This document shows, one piece after another, positions 25,824 to 40,994 of a stretch of 64,000 nt of DNA; the first letter of the stretch is position 1, and the number at the start of each line of letters is the position of its first letter. Both the position numbers and the translations under genes were made by a program. The DNA comes from Octopus vulgaris (lineage: Eukaryota): positions 22,506,001 through 22,570,000 of the forward strand of contig OX597820.1 of assembly GCA_951406725.2 (NCBI GenBank), read 5' to 3'. The notes beneath the pieces were generated by a model. The model saw only the letters and a list, made by a program, of their open reading frames with translations, was not told the origin of the DNA and searched no databases.

Positions 25824-27984
25824 TTGTATGTGTGTGTGTGTATTTGTACATGTATGTATATATATATTTATTTATTTATATATATATAAATATATGTAAT
25901 TATATTTATATATATGTATACATATAAATATATATATATGTATATATATATATAAATATATCTGTGTGTGTATATATATATATAAATATATATATGTGTA
26001 TGTGTGTGTAACTATATAAATGTGTGTGTGACCATCTGCCCTTTGGCAGGTTTTGTTTTCCATCAGTGAAAAGTGTCCAAACATCACCAAGCAAGTCTTA
26101 TGTCCCCCCCCCCCACACCAAACAAGTCTCGTGTCCCCCTCACCAAACAAGTCTTATGGATTTGTTGGTTTAGTCACTAATAGCCCAGCCATAGATGGTT
26201 TGTACTGAATCACATGATTCACATGGTTACCAAGTAACAGACCACTGGTTATCAGATCTCTGACCTCACAGAAGTGGATGACAAAGAGCGTGTGAACTCA
26301 TTAGAGTCAACAAACACCTAACAACCTCTGGTGTGTGTGTGTGTATATATATATATAAGGATTTCTTTTCCTCAGTTTGTTACTTCATATATATATATAT
26401 ATACATATATAATATATAAGTTGATGAACCACCTATTGCTCTCCTCTATTTTCTTATTGCTATTTATATATATATATATATATACACACACACCATATTT
26501 TAACATGTTTAGGGAACCCTATTTTGTCAAAAATTAGGTTAAAATAATATGGGGGCTTCTTATACACGGGGGGGGGGAAACCTTTTTTCAAAGTTTTAAG
26601 CCCCCCAAATTAGGGGGTTCCTAATACATGAGGATTCTTTATGTACATTAAAATATGGTATATATATATATATACATATATATACACAGACACACACAAG
26701 TACACATATACATGTGCATGTATGTGTGTATGATTGTATATATGTATATGTGCATGTATGTGTATGCGTATGAGTATGCGTGTGTGCATGTGTGTGTGTT
26801 TGTAGTTGTGTGCGTGTGTATTTCTATGAGTGTGTGTACATGTGCATATGTATGTGTTTATGTGCCTCTATGAGTGTAAGTGCCTGTTGTGTGTGTGTAT
26901 GTGTGTGTGTGCTTGCATGCGTGTGTGTGTGCCCATGCATGTGTACAACTAGCTCTGTATCCCCTCTATTGCAAGGCACCTATTCTTGTCCCTCCATTCA
27001 TACACTAACCACTCATCACCCAGCACAAATCCACACCACCTCAATACTGCTCCCTGCTCAGTTGAAGGATCTTATTTTGCAAGTGTGTGTGTGTGTGTGT
27101 GTTGGTGTATTTATCTGTGTGTGTGAGAGGGTGCATGTGCAGGGTATGGAGAAAGAGACTCTCCATATAGTGTTTGTAGTCTTTGGCCATTCAACTTCAC
27201 TTTTGTTTGTAGCCTGTTTCCAGTTTAACAGTTCCAAATATTTAGAGCATGATACTCATGTCACACAAGAGTTTGTCATTCAATGATTTGATGTGTCAGT
27301 TACTTTCTGCGCTCTCTAATACCCCCTGCCCCTGCTCACTCCAGTCACAGAACTCTTCATCAATGTCAACAATAAGTATCCACTGATTCAGTTGTTTTCA
27401 AAACTGAATTTCTTTTCATGAAATTAATGGATAAATGTTTGAGTCAGCATGACACAACCAGAAAAAATTAAACCTTGAAATTTTGAGTAAATTCTATAAA
27501 AAAAAAATGATAGAAAGAAGAGTTGACGTCTAGTACTTTATCTGTTGAGTATGAGTCAAGTTCTGAGTTTAGAGAACTAGAATGAATATCTATTTCTTTA
27601 CTACCCACAAGGGGCTAAACACAGAGGGACAAACAAGGACAGACAAATGGATTAAGTCGATTACATCGACACCAGTGCGTAACTGGTACTTAATTTATCG
27701 GCCCCGAAAGGATGAAAGGCAAAGTCGACCCCAGCGGAATTTGAACTCAGAACGTAATGGCAGACGAAATACCGCTAAGCATTTTGCCCGGCATGCTAAT
27801 GTTTCTGCCAGCTCGCCACTATGCAGTACCCTAAAGAATCTGTCAGTTCATTACCATAACTGTTTACCATTCAAACTAGCCATATCTGACCAAACAACCA
27901 AATCCAACTTCTCACATCTACTCTACAAGGTCATTCAAAAAATAAACATTCACATCATCAAACTCTCAAAGCAATGTGATAATA

Positions 27985-28550
27985 CTGGGTTGTCCGGAAA
28001 GTTCATGCCAATTTATAGTAGCTTACCTTTCGACTTATTTTAGAACATGGTTGAGTCCATAAAATAGGATTTGACTACACCTCCATTTAGAGCACAGTTT
28101 AAGCTATCTTTTCGTGGAAGAAGGTTTACGTTCCTATAACCTGTGTTAATTCTGTAACCCTTTAAAATTGACGATAAGAAAGTTCCTTTTCGGCACTTGA
28201 TGCTTTGGGAATCAGACAAAAATTGCTGCAGCTCGGCTGGGATGTGTTACCCCACCTTCCATATTCACCAGATATTGCTCCTTCGGATTTCCACTTATTC
28301 AGGTCTCTGCAGAATAGTCTTAATGGTAGAAATTTCAATTCCTTGGATGACGTAAAAAGATACCTTGATGAATTCTTTGCCATGAAACCACCTCAATTCT
28401 GGGAAGAGGATATTTTCAAGTTAAAGGAAAGATGGAGACACATTGTGCAACAAAATGGTTCATGTTTGGTTGATTAAAAATGTAATGGCAAGTATTTATT
28501 GACCTTTTTCTTTCCTTTAAAAATCAGCACAAACTTTCCGGACAACCTAA
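27985..28550 (+). mobile_element. Internally deleted mariner (Tc1/mariner) transposon
   Basis: About 30-bp TIRs (GGTTGTCCGGAAAGTT) with TA flanks; C-terminal transposase LGWDVLPHLPYSPDIAPSDFHLFRSLQN...RWRHIVQQNG at 28205-28477, fused to an N-terminal remnant. Confidence 0.93.
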
Positions 28551-28959
28551 TACATGATTAATTCAAAACAATATGATTAAATAAGCATTACTTTTAACAG
28601 TAATCTGAGTACTAAGGGGTTAATTCTAATATCAGTAGTCCTCAACATTTTGTGCTTCAGCACTTACTGTTACCAAATGGTGTTTTAAAATGCTCCCTTC
28701 CCTGGCTAAAGAGGAATAAGTACTGGGATCAATTTATTCAGTTAAATCTTTAATGGTGGTACCCCAGCATGACCACAGTTCAATTACTGGAACAATTAAG
28801 AGAATAAAAGAATCTATGGAAGGTGTGCATGCTAATTAAGCACATCCAGGATACATGTACTCAAGTTAAATATAATCTGCTTAAGTCATGAACCCCTAAT
28901 AAAATATATAATACTATAACTTAGACATTCATTAAATAGCTATTGATAAAATAGGTATT

Positions 28960-29145
28960 GGAGCGAGTCTAGGACATTTACTCCCCATGGACAATAAGCC
29001 CCAAAGGACAATTACCTCTGAGGACAGCAGATGAGGATTTAAAACTTCTTAATATATTGGAGAGGTGGTAATTAACCAAGGGGGGTAATTGTCCTGGGGG
29101 TAGTTGTCCTATGGCCGGGGGTGGGGTGTAATTGTCCTGATACGA
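28960..29145. repeat. Fold-back element with inverted GGACAATTACC-type subrepeats
   Basis: Three GGACA(A/T)T units on the left and three to four GGTAATTGTCC units on the right. Confidence 0.6.
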
Positions 29146-29472
29146 CTGGAGCAGCACCGGATTAACCATTGAGGAAAATAATCACATGCTTAGGGCATCA
29201 AGCTAAGGAGGAGGTACCATAGAAATGGTAAATGGTTTATGGCACAAAAGAAATCACTTTAAACTTGCTAAAATAATATCTCTCTCAGTATAAAAGCAAA
29301 TGTGATACATAAGATTAATTCTGAGGGGTTGTGTGGTAAGTAGCTTGCTTACCAACCACATGGTTCCAGGTTCAGTTCCACTGCGTGGCACCATGTGTCT
29401 TCTACTATAGCTGTCAGGCCGACCAAAGCCTTGTGAGTGGATTTGGTAGACGGAAACAGAAAGAAGCCTGTC

Positions 29473-29529
<57 letters not shown>

Positions 29530-31373
29530 TGTGTTTGTCCCCCCCCCCCAACATCGCTTAACAACCGATGCTGGTGTGTTTACGCCCCTGTAACTTAGCG
29601 GTTTGGCAAAAGAGACTGATAGAATAAGTACTAGGCTTACAAAGAATAAGTCCTGGGGTCAATTTGCTCAACTAAATGCAGTGCTCCAGCATGGCCGCAG
29701 TCAGATGACTGAAACAAGTAAAAGAGTAAAAGAGTAAGTATTTTGCAGTTTAGAAAAATAGAAAACTTTTCAGATATGAATAAAATGGAAGTATAATAAA
29801 ATAAACATTATTTTCCATCTTACTATTAATTTTGTCTCATTTAAAAAAAAAATCGTTTTATGATTTATTGTTGTTAATAGGTGACCCCATGCCATGAAAA
29901 ATGACGGCTAATTGTAGTATTTTATAAATAAAAAGGGTACAAAAAGGTGGAAAAAAATCAGTGCTTCAAATCTGTGTATGTGTGTGAGTGTGCGTGTATA
30001 CATTTATATGTATCAGAGGCACAGACTGTAGCAAATACGGTTTTCTATACTTTGTCACAGCTCGTTTCCTTCCTTTTTAAGTATGTCTGTTTGTGTGTGT
30101 GTATGTGTAAGTGCATGTGTCTGCAATTCTATTTTCTATGTATCTTTCTAAATAAACATACACAAACATATACACACTCAAATATATAAATATATTTTAC
30201 ACACACACACACACACACACATACACAAACATTCACATTCCTCCCTTTTACATGCACACACATATACTCAGACAGAGTTGAAGCGCTGTTTGGTTTTTGT
30301 TTCACTGTTGACTTTTCACCATCCCACTTCCATCAGATCACCCTTTCCTTTCTCATTCATATGTTGTGACAGAGAAATACACAAGAGTATTATTACAGTA
30401 GATTATTATCGGAAAAGATAAATAACACTCTCTTTGCCACTTTCTCTCTCTCATTGCTGTTACTTTCACTCCTCTGTCATGGCTATTACTCTCACTACTT
30501 CTCCTTCACTGAATTACTATTTTCTCTCCTTTCCCTTCACCCCTACTGTGTGATTTTGGACACACACACACACACTCATACAAATATATAAAAACATTAC
30601 GCTCGTTATTATATTAGGAGGCAAAAGGCCTGAAATTTGGCAAGAGGGGACTAGTCAATTACATCGACCCCAAAAGGATGAAAGGCAAAGTTGACCTCAG
30701 TGGAATTTGAACATAGAAAGTAATGATGGGCAAAATACTGCTAAGTATATCACCCGGCATGCTAACAATTCTACCAGCTTTGCTGCTTTATAATAATAAT
30801 AACAAGAACACTCAGAGAGTGCAAACCTCTGCCAAGGCAACACCAATGTCCTCTCAATGAATAGCCTGAGATGATTTTTAAAATGACAATATCTGAAATA
30901 AACTCAACTTCCCTCACAAACGAAAATACTAAAAATGAACATGACCACTCTCAAATATTAAGTAAAAAAACAAGAAAAATAATCCAGAATCTAATGAGAC
31001 CATGCTAGTCACAAGGCCAAACATTCCTGAAAGTTTCATCTGAATCCATCCTGCAGTTCTTGAGATATCTTGTCCACAAACAAACAAACAAACATGACTG
31101 GAAACAATACCTCCACTTATGCTAAGGCAGAGGTAATAATCCTTTCTACTGGAAGCACAAGGCCTCAAATTTGGGGGAGGGGATTAAGTCGATTACATCG
31201 ACCCCAGTGTGTAACTGGTACTTACTTAATCGACCCCAAAAGGATGAAAGGCAAAGTCAACCTCGGCGGAATTTGTACTCAGAACGCAGTGACAGGCGAA
31301 ATACCGCCAAGCATTTCATAGAGCACGCTAACAATTCTGCCTGCTTGCCACCTTGATAATAATAATAATAATG

Positions 31374-31422
<49 letters not shown>

Positions 31423-32941
31423 TAATAATAATAATAATAAATGCCCTTATACAGTACCAGGCAGTGGCTCTCATGGCTTCTGGTTTTAACTGATTGGAAG
31501 TGTTATCATGTACATTGTTTTGTCTTGGTATAAAAGATAGGCTAAAGCAAATATTCTGCTCAATACCACAGATTTGCTTGTCAGTTGTTTGACCTTAACC
31601 AGTTGAGCATGTTGTCCCTTAGTGGTTGACGACATGTGCATCCATGAGCAGAAGTAGTGGGAGAGCATCATAGCCATGGGTTGAGAGGGATTCTTTGAGA
31701 TTTGAATAATTCACCTCTGGAAACATGGGGGTTTCGTTCAACATCCTTAAACAATCCTTATTCAGGGACCTTTTGAGCGGGATGGGTTACTCGACCAGAA
31801 GAAAATTCTAACTGGGTGCCACCTGCAAGGTCATGCGCTGTTTATCTTGATATAAGATCTCCAGGTCATGCACATATGGTTGTGATGTATGTGCCTGGTG
31901 TACCCTTATCAGACAGGTAGTCATGATGGGTATACTGGGCTTTGTATATTTTACCCCAGTGTCACTGTGATGGCATGCACTGCTCTCTCACTCAATAATA
32001 ATAATAATAATAATAATAATCATCATTAACATCCGCTTTCCATGCTAGCATGAGTTGGACAATTTGACTGAGGGCTGGTGAACCAGATGGCTGCACCAGG
32101 CTCCAATCTTGATCTGGCAGAGTTTCTACAGTTGGATGCCTTTCCTAACGCCAGGATGCCCTTACTAACGCCAAGATGACCTTCCTAACGCCAAAAATGA
32201 TGATGATGATGATGATAATGGTGATGAATATCAAATTTTAGAACAAGGCCAGCAATTCCAAGGAGAGTAGTCAGTGAATAACACACACACACATATAAAA
32301 CCTCCTAAAATTACATAGATAAAGCCTGTACAACTCTAAAACAAAAATTTTTTAATAGTTGTTATGCACATGCAGAAATGGCACAACATGGCAAAAAAAA
32401 AAGAAAAGAAAACCCTAGATGCGACATAAAACAACGATTGTAACAAACTTGAAGCAGACTGTAGTAAGACTTCTGACTGTTGCTGATCAGTAGTTGTTAA
32501 GTGAGTAATCAGTACAACATCCCTGAATACACGAGTTTCTGATGTTACGGAACAAAGTCCTTATGAGACTATGTAATTACCGTATTCTGACAGCTGTCAA
32601 GATGTTGCTTACCAGACAAGATTGGTATGCTCATGTGCTCTTTAATAAGTTGCTGTCGGTGGTTTTTAGCCCTAGGCCGATCCTGGTTGAGCAGACATAC
32701 TTATGGTGAAAGGTCGTTTCATATTGTGACTGTGTGGTTTAACAAGTTCGCTTGGCAACCATGTGATTTTTGGGGTTCCACTGTGCAGCGTCTTAGACAA
32801 GTGTGTCTGCTATTATAGCCCTGGGCTGACTGATGTCTTGCAAATGAAACCGGTAGACAGAAACACTGTGGTAACCAGTTATGTGTGTGTATGCGCGTGT
32901 GTGTATGCGCGTGTGTGTATGCATATGTATTATTTGTATGC

Positions 32942-32977
<36 letters not shown>

Positions 32978-33690
32978 GTATATATACATACAGGTGCAGG
33001 AGTAGCTGTGTTCTAAGTAGCTTGCAGCCCAACTACATGGTTCCAGGTTCAGTCCCGCTGTGAGGCACCTTGGGCAAGTGTCTTCTACTATAGCCTCAGG
33101 CCAACCAAAGCCTCTTGAGTGGATTTGGTAGGTGGAAACTGAAAGAAGCCCATCATATATATGTATGTATATATGGCATCCGTGCTAGCGGGGTGCAAAG
33201 AGCACCGTACGAGTGTGATCATTGACAGAGCGGCTATTCGAGTATGATTGTTACCAGCGTTGCCTTACTGGCACTTATGCCTGTGCTAGTAGGGTGCCAA
33301 GAACACCATCCGAGCGTGATCGTTGTGATCGTTGCCAGAGCAGCCAACTAGCTTCCGTACCCGTGGCACATAAAAGGGCACCATTCGAGCATGATCCTTA
33401 CCAACGTCGCTTCACTGACACCTGTGTCGGTGGCACGTATAAAAAGATTCAAGCAAGGTCATTGCCAGTACTGCCTGACTGGCCCCTGTGCAGGTGGCAC
33501 GTAAAAAGCAGCCACTACACTCTCAGAGTGGTTGGCATTAGGAAGGGCATCCAGCTGTAGAAACTCTGCCAGGTCAAATCTGGAACCTGGTGCAGCCATC
33601 TGGTTGCCAGCCCTCATTCAAAACTGTCCAACCCATGCTAGCATGGAAAACAGACATTAAATGATGATGATGATGATGATGATTATGATG

Positions 33691-33724
<34 letters not shown>

Positions 33725-33939
33725 ATGTTTGTATGTCTTTGTTTGTCCCCCCAACATCACTTGACAACTGATGGTGGTGTGTTTATGTCCCCATAACTTA
33801 GTGGTTCAGCAAAAGAGACTGATAGAATAAGTAGTAGGCTTACAAAGAATAAGTCCTGGAGTCGATTTGCGTGACTAAAGGTGGTGCTCCAGCATGGCCG
33901 CAGTCAAATGACTGAAACAAGTAAGTAAAAGGGAAATGA

Positions 33940-34445
33940 TTTAGAGCTTTTGTGAAGAAAGGAAGTAAGTCTGAAAGCTTAGCTCACTACCTTCAATTCA
34001 GTGCTCATGCTGACCACTGCCTATGGTCATAAATCTTGGCTAATGATCAAAAGAATACAATTTGCGAATACAAGTTACTGAAATGGGGTTCCTTCGAAGG
34101 GTCTTTGGAGTAATGAGACTCAATAGAATGCATAGCCAGGAGAGAGGTGTTCCTAATAAATCCCCTATTTCTTTGAATTGAGAAATCACAGCTCCAATAC
34201 TACAGGCATGTGGTAAGAATGTCCCATGAAGGAACCACTGGACATATTTTATGGGCAAACCCAGCCAGCAGGAGAACAGAGGAGGACCACGAACAAGATG
34301 GTTGGATAACATCCAGGTCTTTGATTGGTCTTGTTTGGGGATCCAGTCAAATCAATTGAAGATGGTCGCTTCTGACAGGGCCCAATGAAAGGCATGCTCT
34401 GAGGACTCTACTCCCATGACCCTTCCACAAATAAGTGGGTAAAGA
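33940..34445 (+). mobile_element. RTE-clade LINE 3' fragment, decayed
   Basis: Translates with stops and frameshifts to AYGHKSWLM..LRIQVTEMGFLRRVFGV..IEKSQLQYYRHVVRM..RGGPRTRWLDNI, the typical RTE C-terminus. Confidence 0.85.
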
Positions 34446-34949
34446 AGCCGAGATGAGATATTCTGTCATATGCATGGCATGTAACAGATTATACCAACAC
34501 CTGTTACACACACACACATTTGTATACACATTAACAATCCCTCTTTGCTGTTGTTGATTACTATCAGCCAGAACTGCAGGCATTTGTTTCATGGGATATG
34601 GCTAGATGTCCATGGTATTAAGTTTATATTTTGTTTTATCATTGTATCTTGACAATCTTTTGTCAATATTCCTTTTGGTTTATGATTATACAGCTGTGCA
34701 TGCATGCACGTGTGTGTATATGTCGAGTGTACTTTTATTATCATTATTATTATTATTATTGTTATTATTGGGGGCAGTGGTAGTAGTGGTGGTGGTGGCA
34801 GTGGTGGTTGTAGAAGAAGAAGAAGAAGAAGAAGAAGAAGAAGAAGAAAAAGAAATAAAACTATAGGCATTTTAAATAGTTTTCCAGCTTGTGGATTTTT
34901 ACATCTGTTGAGAGAAAGAAAGGGAGAGAGAGAGAGAGAGGAAGAGTGT

Positions 34950-34991
<42 letters not shown>

Positions 34992-35110
34992 ATATGAGTG
35001 GTTAGAATAAGTTTCAAACAACAAAACCATATGCATTTTAAATAGTTTTCCAGCTTACGGATTTCCACACCTGGAGAGAGAAGAGGTGGGAGTGAGACAG
35101 GTGGGAGTGT

Positions 35111-35160
<50 letters not shown>

Positions 35161-35798
35161 GGTGGTGGTGGTGGTGTCAGAAAACAGTTTTTCCATCTTA
35201 TGGATTTCTACATCTGTTGAATCTGTTAAGAGCATTCAAAAGTCTGTTTATTTTGCGAATATTCTTCACTTACTTCCGATAGTGTTTTCGAAATGGCTAA
35301 AACACATGTGAAGTGCCAAATATAGATACACAGTTTGGGTAACAATGAAAGCTTTATGATTTTTTCTTTTTTCCTGCCGACAAGTTTTAGTTATTTTCCT
35401 TTCTCATAGACAATACAAACCAATTTTTTTCCCTTTTTCTTTCTTTCTTATTTTTCTTTTTGTTTTCACTTCATTGCGATCTTGTTGACTGTAAATATGA
35501 ACTATTTAAAAAGCAAGGTGGTGTTTGATGGAATTTTGGACAACCTGAAGTGTTTTGGGTGACATCATACCAAGATTATTCATAGCTATTGTAGCACTTT
35601 CCATTCTGAAATCATATCCACATTCTATTTTTTTGTGGCTGTGTGGTAAGAAGCTTGCTTCCCAGCCTCAGGGTTCACAGTTCAGTCCCATTGCATGGCA
35701 CCTTGGGCATGTGTCTTCTACTACAGCCTCAGGCCAACCTGTGAGAGGATTTCGTAGACAGAAACTGAAAAGAAGCCTGGTGGTATTAGCTTAGCCTG

Positions 35799-35847
<49 letters not shown>

Positions 35848-36116
35848 TTTAAAAATTGAGGGAGATAAATTAATATTAATTTTAATATCAATTTAAAACC
35901 AGTAGTCCAGCATTCAAAAAATCTGAGGAGTCAGAGAAAATTCAAATATATGTGTATATTGGCAGGGCTGGCCTGCTAGGTAGCCGGCCAGAATGCTAGA
36001 AGAAGAGCATCAACGATCAAACTACAAGGGAAATTCTCTAGAGGAAGAATTCAGCGAACACCAGAACCAACTTTGGCGGGCAGGACATATGAAAAATTAA
36101 ATAAATAACAGACTTA

Positions 36117-36192
36117 AATGCATACCTCGGTTTCGGTCTTAACAAAAGAATTACTTGCATAATTCAAGTGTCCGTGACTTCTTCAGTACATT
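36117..36192 (-). ncRNA. Type I hammerhead ribozyme motif in a PLE-like module (about 35841-36235) nested in the (TA)n of a SINE
   Basis: Minus strand AATGTA-CTGAAGA-aGTC...GACc-GAAA-CCGAGG-TA-TGCATT. Confidence 0.78.
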
Positions 36193-36479
36193 CGGTCCTC
36201 GTGATGCAAACCGCAAGACTAACCCCAGCTCTCTGTATATATATATATTTATGTGTGTGTGTTTGTGTCTGTGTTTGTCTACCCCACCACCATCACAGCT
36301 TGACAACCGGTGTGGGTGTGTTTACGTCCCCATAACTTAGCAGTTCAGTAAAAGAGACCAATAAAGTAAGTACTAGGCTTAAGAAATAAGTCCTAGGGTT
36401 GATTTGCTTGACTAAAACCCTTCAAGGTGGTGCTCCAGCATGGTCACAGTCAAATGACTGAAACAAGTAAAAGAATTTA

Positions 36480-36525
<46 letters not shown>

Positions 36526-37735
36526 CACACACACACACATATATACATACATATTTATGTGTATGTGTATATTTATATATGTGTACATATATCATTATCA
36601 TCATAACCATTTAATGTCCATTAACCATGCTAACATGGATTGGACTGTGTGTGTGTGTGTGTATATGTATCCAATCGTGGCCGTTTGCCAGCCACGTCTG
36701 GCACCTGTGCCGGTGGCACGTAAAAAAGCACCCACTACACTCACGGAGTGGCTGGCGTTGGGAAGGGCATCCAGTCGTAGAAACATTGCCAGATCAGACT
36801 GGGCCTGGTGCAGCCTTCTGGCTTCCCAGACCCCAGTTGAACCGTCCAACCCATGCTAGCATGGAAAGCGGATACTAAACGATGATGATGATATATATAT
36901 ATATATTTGCATGTATGAATGTATCTATGTATATGTTGTACATATATAAATATTTGTGTGCATAAACGTATCTATGTATATGTTTGTATGTATGTAACTA
37001 TATATCAATCTGTATGTATGTATGTATGTATGTATGTATGTATGTATGTATGTATGTATGTATGTATGTATGTATGTATGTATGTATAATGTAGTATAAG
37101 GCAAGCTGGCAGAATCATTAGTGTGTCGGTAAAAATGTTTAGAGGCATTTCATCTGGTCTTACATTCTGAGTTCAAATTCTGCTGAGGTTAATTTTGCTT
37201 TACATCCCTCCAGAGTTGATAAAATAAATCCCAGTTGACCAATGATGGTTAATATAATCAATTTACCCCCTCTCCCAAAACTGCTGGCCTTGTGTCAAAA
37301 TTTGAAACCAATATAATATAATATAAGGCACGCTGGCAGAATCATTAGAGCATCTGTAAAAAACGCTTAGTGGCATATCTTCTGGATTTATGTTTTTAGT
37401 TCAAATTCCACCAAGGTCAACTTTGCTTTTCATTCTCCAGGGATCTATAAAATACGTAGCAGCAAGCACTGGGAGTAAATATAATCAATAAGACCCCCTT
37501 CTCTCAAAATTTCAGGCCTTTTGTCTATAGTAGAAAGAAGTATATATAGTTGGCAACACTGCTTATACATTGAAACATTTATATTCATGGAGCACAGTGC
37601 TGGAACATGTATTATGCAGTCTTGCTCAGTTGCGTAGTATTAGCATAATATATGCAGCTTTCTAGTAGTTGTTCAGTTAATCGGCGGGGGTGGGGGTGTT
37701 TTGGATGTAGTGGAGATCTTATGGGTTGTCACTGT

Positions 37736-37804
37736 GGCAGGTTTGGCATGTCGGTAAGTTTGGCATGTTAGCAGGTTTGGCATGTTGGTAGGTTTGACAT
37801 GTTT
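37736..37804. repeat. Four copies of a 17-bp minisatellite (CAGGTTTGGCATGTTGG)
   Basis: Direct reading. Confidence 0.8.
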
Positions 37805-38019
37805 TTATTGTTGAAGTATAATGCAGAAACATAAAATGGTGAGTAGGTGGGAATGGGAAGTTTAGGAGTAGTGCATTGTAAAGATTTTGAACACTTTTAA
37901 TAAGTGTGGATTCTGGTGTTCGGTGTTGGGGTTGTAAGACTAGAGGTTTAGGAAGTAAGGGGAGAATAGCCAATTCAACTGGGTTGAGTTTCTGGTTCAA
38001 TTCAGATGACAATTTTGTA

Positions 38020-38430
38020 GTTTGAAAAGTGCTTTGTGAGTGGGAAATGAGAGAAGTTTCTTCCTTTATTAATGATGTTTGCTGACAAAGACAATATTTT
38101 AAACTTCTCTTTGATGTAGAGAATATACTTAATACTCTATTCATAAAATTTAACGATTTCTGTAATAGTACTTCAGTTTATAAAATGATTAGTCACTCAG
38201 CAGTCTTTCAGGTTCCATATTAGCTGGGATAATGTCGTCATATTGCACATGCTTTTGTTGCTGAATGACACCATATGTTGTACAAATCTTGTTTTTAAGG
38301 TATTTCTTGTTAGTTCCATGTAGGTCATTATTATGTCGTCTCCATTGGGGATGTCGGCTGTGTACACCAGTTTCTTCTCAAGTTTATTTGTTGTTTAAAG
38401 TGGGGAAGGGTCTTCGGTTACATTGATCAT
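38020..38430 (-). mobile_element. Decayed Penelope GIY-YIG endonuclease region
   Basis: Minus translation PLNNK..LVYTADI..TYMELTRNTLKTRFVQHMVSF..TTLSQLIWNLKD..IKEKFKIL follows the PLE endonuclease pattern (CPL..C..VY..YIG.T..FK.R..H..SF..T.LS..IW.LK). Confidence 0.7.
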
Positions 38431-38758
38431 TGTGACAAAGTGAAAATGTTGCTGATGTGAGAAATGGTTTTTGTATGAATATGTGAGTGTGTATGTGTGT
38501 GTGCATGTGTATGAGTGACACATATATTAATGTATATATGTATTTAAGCATATCTATTTTTACATACATATATAGATAGTAGACAGATCAGATTAGCAGA
38601 CAGACAAACAGATAGATAGATGATGTTAATGTGTGTATACATGTATGTGTAAATGCATGTGTGTCTGTTCACAAAAATCCCAAAGCACCTTCATGCGCAC
38701 ACATATGCATGTGTATGTGTGTGTGCATGCACACGCGCATATGTATGTACAACACAAA

Positions 38759-38789
<31 letters not shown>

Positions 38790-39459
38790 TCTCAGCAATC
38801 GTTTAGTGTATGTTTCATGCATCTAGTGTGTACCAATAGTGTAAATTTCCTCACACACATATATTTTCTCCTCTCTCTCTCCTTATTTATATCTGGTATT
38901 ATTTCTCTCCCCTCTTCTCTCTCTCTATATACATTATATATAATGAACAACAAAGCCTCTGAGCGATCGTTCGAAATAGCAACCAAATCTCCCTCAAATT
39001 ATCCCCTTACAATCTAAAAAAAAAAAATGGGTGGGTAGCACCTTTCACAGTGTAGTCCTTAATACACAAAAAGACAAACTGATCACCGCTTAAACACCTT
39101 TTATCATAGACTAATCTGGAGCGCCACAACTACAGCTAATGGGTAACTGTGCATAGCAGATCGATCTGCAAAAATTAGCAGTCCAAACTCCGGTAAAATA
39201 CACCTCCCAGCCTTCGAACCGAAAGAAGACATTTGAGGACTTAGCCCTTGGTATACACAAGGATTGGTAGAACACATTCGTGGAAGGTTTATTGACTCGA
39301 AACAACCAGCAAAATCTTTTTAAAAATATGTATCCTATCACCTTAACGAAGGCAGATCACCATATAGTAAAATCAATGCTAATGCCAAATACGGTATGTT
39401 TAAAATAGCGTGTCAATAGAATGTCAGCAATAAAGTCAATATGATCCGCAGAATGTGTC

Positions 39460-40385
39460 TGTGGATGATTAAGAACTTTACAGTTTAGAGATCCTGATAA
39501 CTATCGTTTTTCTCTTCAGTACGTTTTAATATGGTTACCCACTATGGTTTCCCAACATCAAACAATAAATTATGAGTACTGAAGCTTCCCAGAGACTCAT
39601 CGCAAAAGTCTATCTGTTTATTCATACTTTATGCTTTAGTTTGTTAGAGAGAAGGAGGAGGTGGATTGAGAGAGAGGAAGAGAGAATGTGAGAGTGAGTG
39701 AGAGAGCAGATAGCCAGTCGATGCATTATGCAGTGGAAGTGAGAGGTGAATAGAAAGAGAGAAATGTTAAAAACATGACATGAGGTAAAAAGTTTGTTAA
39801 AGAGGTTGAGAGAAAGAGAGAACTATAAAGTGCTTAACAGAGGGAGATTCCAGAATCATATAATATATTACTGTAAAATAATTTAGTAAAATAAAAATGA
39901 AAAAGCAAATCTTTTCTTTCTTAAATAACTTTCCCTAATCGTTTTCGTTCTGTCGAATTTCCACAGGTTCCACTAGTAAATAAATAAATGGCACAACAAA
40001 TTGGTTACTGGAATCACATGAGAAAAAAATTCAAACTCTAATCCAACACCGCCATGTAACAACATATGTACAGAATGGAAAATATCCCACCACCACTGTC
40101 AAACGAAGTCAGTATTGAGATCACAAGTCGCTCACAGCTTGGAACATAGAGCCATGTATGCCTTTTACAAAAATCGAGCTCACATCACATAACATTGTGA
40201 CAAATACTTGTATACTTCAATTAGTCCTACTTTATTCAACATTATCCTGAAAGAAATCAAAGAAAAAGACCTCAATTACATTCATAAGGTATCTGGACCA
40301 ATTCCAGATAAACCACTGACACCCAGACACATTTCAGCCAACAACAACTCTCAGCTTGAATGAGCTCCAAGTCCCAAAACACAAC
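39460..40385 (+). mobile_element. Old CR1-group LINE 3' fragments, interrupted
   Basis: Remnant motifs LRT..FRDP, YGYPLWFPNIKQ, SPTLFNIILKEIK and IPDKP..NNS parallel the younger CR1 copies. Confidence 0.6.
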
Positions 40386-40594
40386 GTAAAAGACTATGTG
40401 GTATTATTAAGTCAGACAAGGCTCGGACCAGTAATAGCCAAAAAGTATCTAGATTATCTAAGTATTTAAGTCATTACACAGCTACCCTCGTTTATCATGG
40501 ATCCTTCCCCCATCACCACTGCCACCACCACCACCACAAGAAAATCTACTGTGTTAAATGAGTCAGTGATAAATTAACAATAGAACATATGGGT

Positions 40595-40913
40595 GGGGAG
40601 ACCTTGGGATTGCACCTAGAAAGTTACCTTCCGAGGTACAAGTCAGGGCAAGGTTGTTTATGGAAGGCCAGCAGTTGCCCATGCATACCGGCCTCCCCTT
40701 TCCACGACACCAGTGTTATCCAAGGGAAAGGCAAAGGCCGATACAGCTTGGCACTCGTGACGTCACAACTCATTTCTACAGCTGAGTGAATTGGAGCAAC
40801 GTGAAATGAAGTGTCTTGCTCAAGAACACAACATGCAGCCCAGTCAGGGAATTGAACTCACAACTTCACGATCGTAAGCTCAATGCTCTAACCACTGAGC
40901 CATGCACCTTCAC
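40595..40913 (-). mobile_element. SINE family D
   Basis: 13-bp TSD AGAACATA(T/C)GGGT at 40582-40594 and 40914-40926. Confidence 0.85.
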
Positions 40914-40994
40914 AGAACATACGGGTATGTGTACTTAAATCCGTATTGAAAAAAAAATGGCTCGCAGTATGGTAATAAAAACATGAGTGATAAT

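Noticed and set aside
26180-26252. Possible miRNA-like hairpin
   Set aside because: Short interrupted stem, oversized loop and no match to any miRNA I recognise
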